Below are positions 27,878-28,348 of a stretch of DNA of 28,348 nucleotides, in pieces. This DNA comes from Promethearchaeota archaeon. Its GTDB lineage: Archaea > Asgardarchaeota > Lokiarchaeia > Sigyniarchaeales > SOKP01. Each line of letters starts with the position of its first letter. Position 1 is the first letter of the stretch. A model generated the notes under the pieces. The model ran no database searches, was not told the origin of the DNA, and was given only the letters and a program-made list of their open reading frames with translations. A program made the position numbers and the translations under genes. The DNA is taken from the NCBI GenBank assembly GCA_008080735.1, contig SHMW01000053.1, positions 394 through 28,741 on the forward strand. The letters run 5' to 3'.

Positions 27878-28348
27878 CTAATAGACGGAATCGATTCTAA
27901 ACCAGATAGTATAGCGACAATCTCCCACGTCATAGCGCGATCCCGACCAATACCATCCGTTATTTACATAACCATGCCATTGGGATGGGGTCCACCACCA
28001 TTGAAATGCGGGATAATCATCGTCTCCTGAGGTAGAATCGTATTCAGATGCTTGAACTCTTACTTTTGCATAAGAATCGTAAGAGAATAAAGCATAGTGA
28101 TAATTGTTCCAGTCAATTGCCTCACCCGAACCTGCAGATTCTGTATCATCATTAGCCTCATTAATCTCATCGAGATGATTATCGTTTTTATCTCCGCCAG
28201 CCGCACAGCTTGGGAAATAAGCCTCTCCAATCCATAATTTTAGGTACATTTCACCATCGCCCATCAGCCAACCTTCATGTTCGTCATCGTAATAGACCTC
28301 GTCTACAAAAACTGTCATTTTATAGAGGTCGGCAGACGCATCGACGGC
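27878..28348 (-). CDS. 5'-truncated hypothetical protein, Trp/Tyr/Asp-rich, probably extracellular
   Basis: The frame stays open upstream of the ATG at 28318 to the window edge (AVDASADLYK-M...). Composition is acidic and aromatic and GC is visibly higher than neighbours. Confidence 0.7.
   Translation of the reverse strand, partial: AVDASADLYKMTVFVDEVYYDDEHEGWLMGDGEMYLKLWIGEAYFPSCAAGGDKNDNHLDEINEANDDTESAGSGEAIDWNNYHYALFSYDSYAKVRVQASEYDSTSGDDDYPAFQWWWTPSQWHGYVNNGWYWSGSRYDVGDCRYTIWFRIDSVY

Noticed and set aside
1-28348. tRNA, rRNA, CRISPR arrays, IS elements, integrases or defence systems
   Set aside because: No GC-rich structural RNA block, regularly spaced repeat array or transposase/integrase/nuclease motif was seen by eye.

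Overview
AT-rich archaeal chromosomal DNA, most consistent with an Asgard archaeon (Lokiarchaeia/Promethearchaeota). The evidence is archaeal TBP and TFB together with several eukaryotic-signature-type genes: an Arf/Rag-like small GTPase, two longin-like proteins and a RING finger. About 27 protein-coding genes are present. I saw no tRNA, rRNA, CRISPR array or transposase. Main points of interest: (1) a two-gene, 2+1 split array of three [TM hairpin + left-handed beta-helix] modules resembling the C-terminal region of epsilon-poly-L-lysine synthetase, with no adenylation/thiolation domains in the window; (2) an intact RING-finger reading frame upstream of tbp that is missing from the ORF track because it has no in-frame standard start; (3) an acyl-CoA dehydrogenase fused to a winged helix, with tandem palindromes in its own leader; (4) a 7TM + PAS + longin + GTPase cluster; (5) a convergently overlapping steroid 5-alpha-reductase / 3beta-HSD-like pair; (6) a duplicated palindromic TATA box in front of tbp; (7) a long hairpin in a ~700 bp intergenic gap. 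All family assignments come from motif recognition by eye, not database searches.
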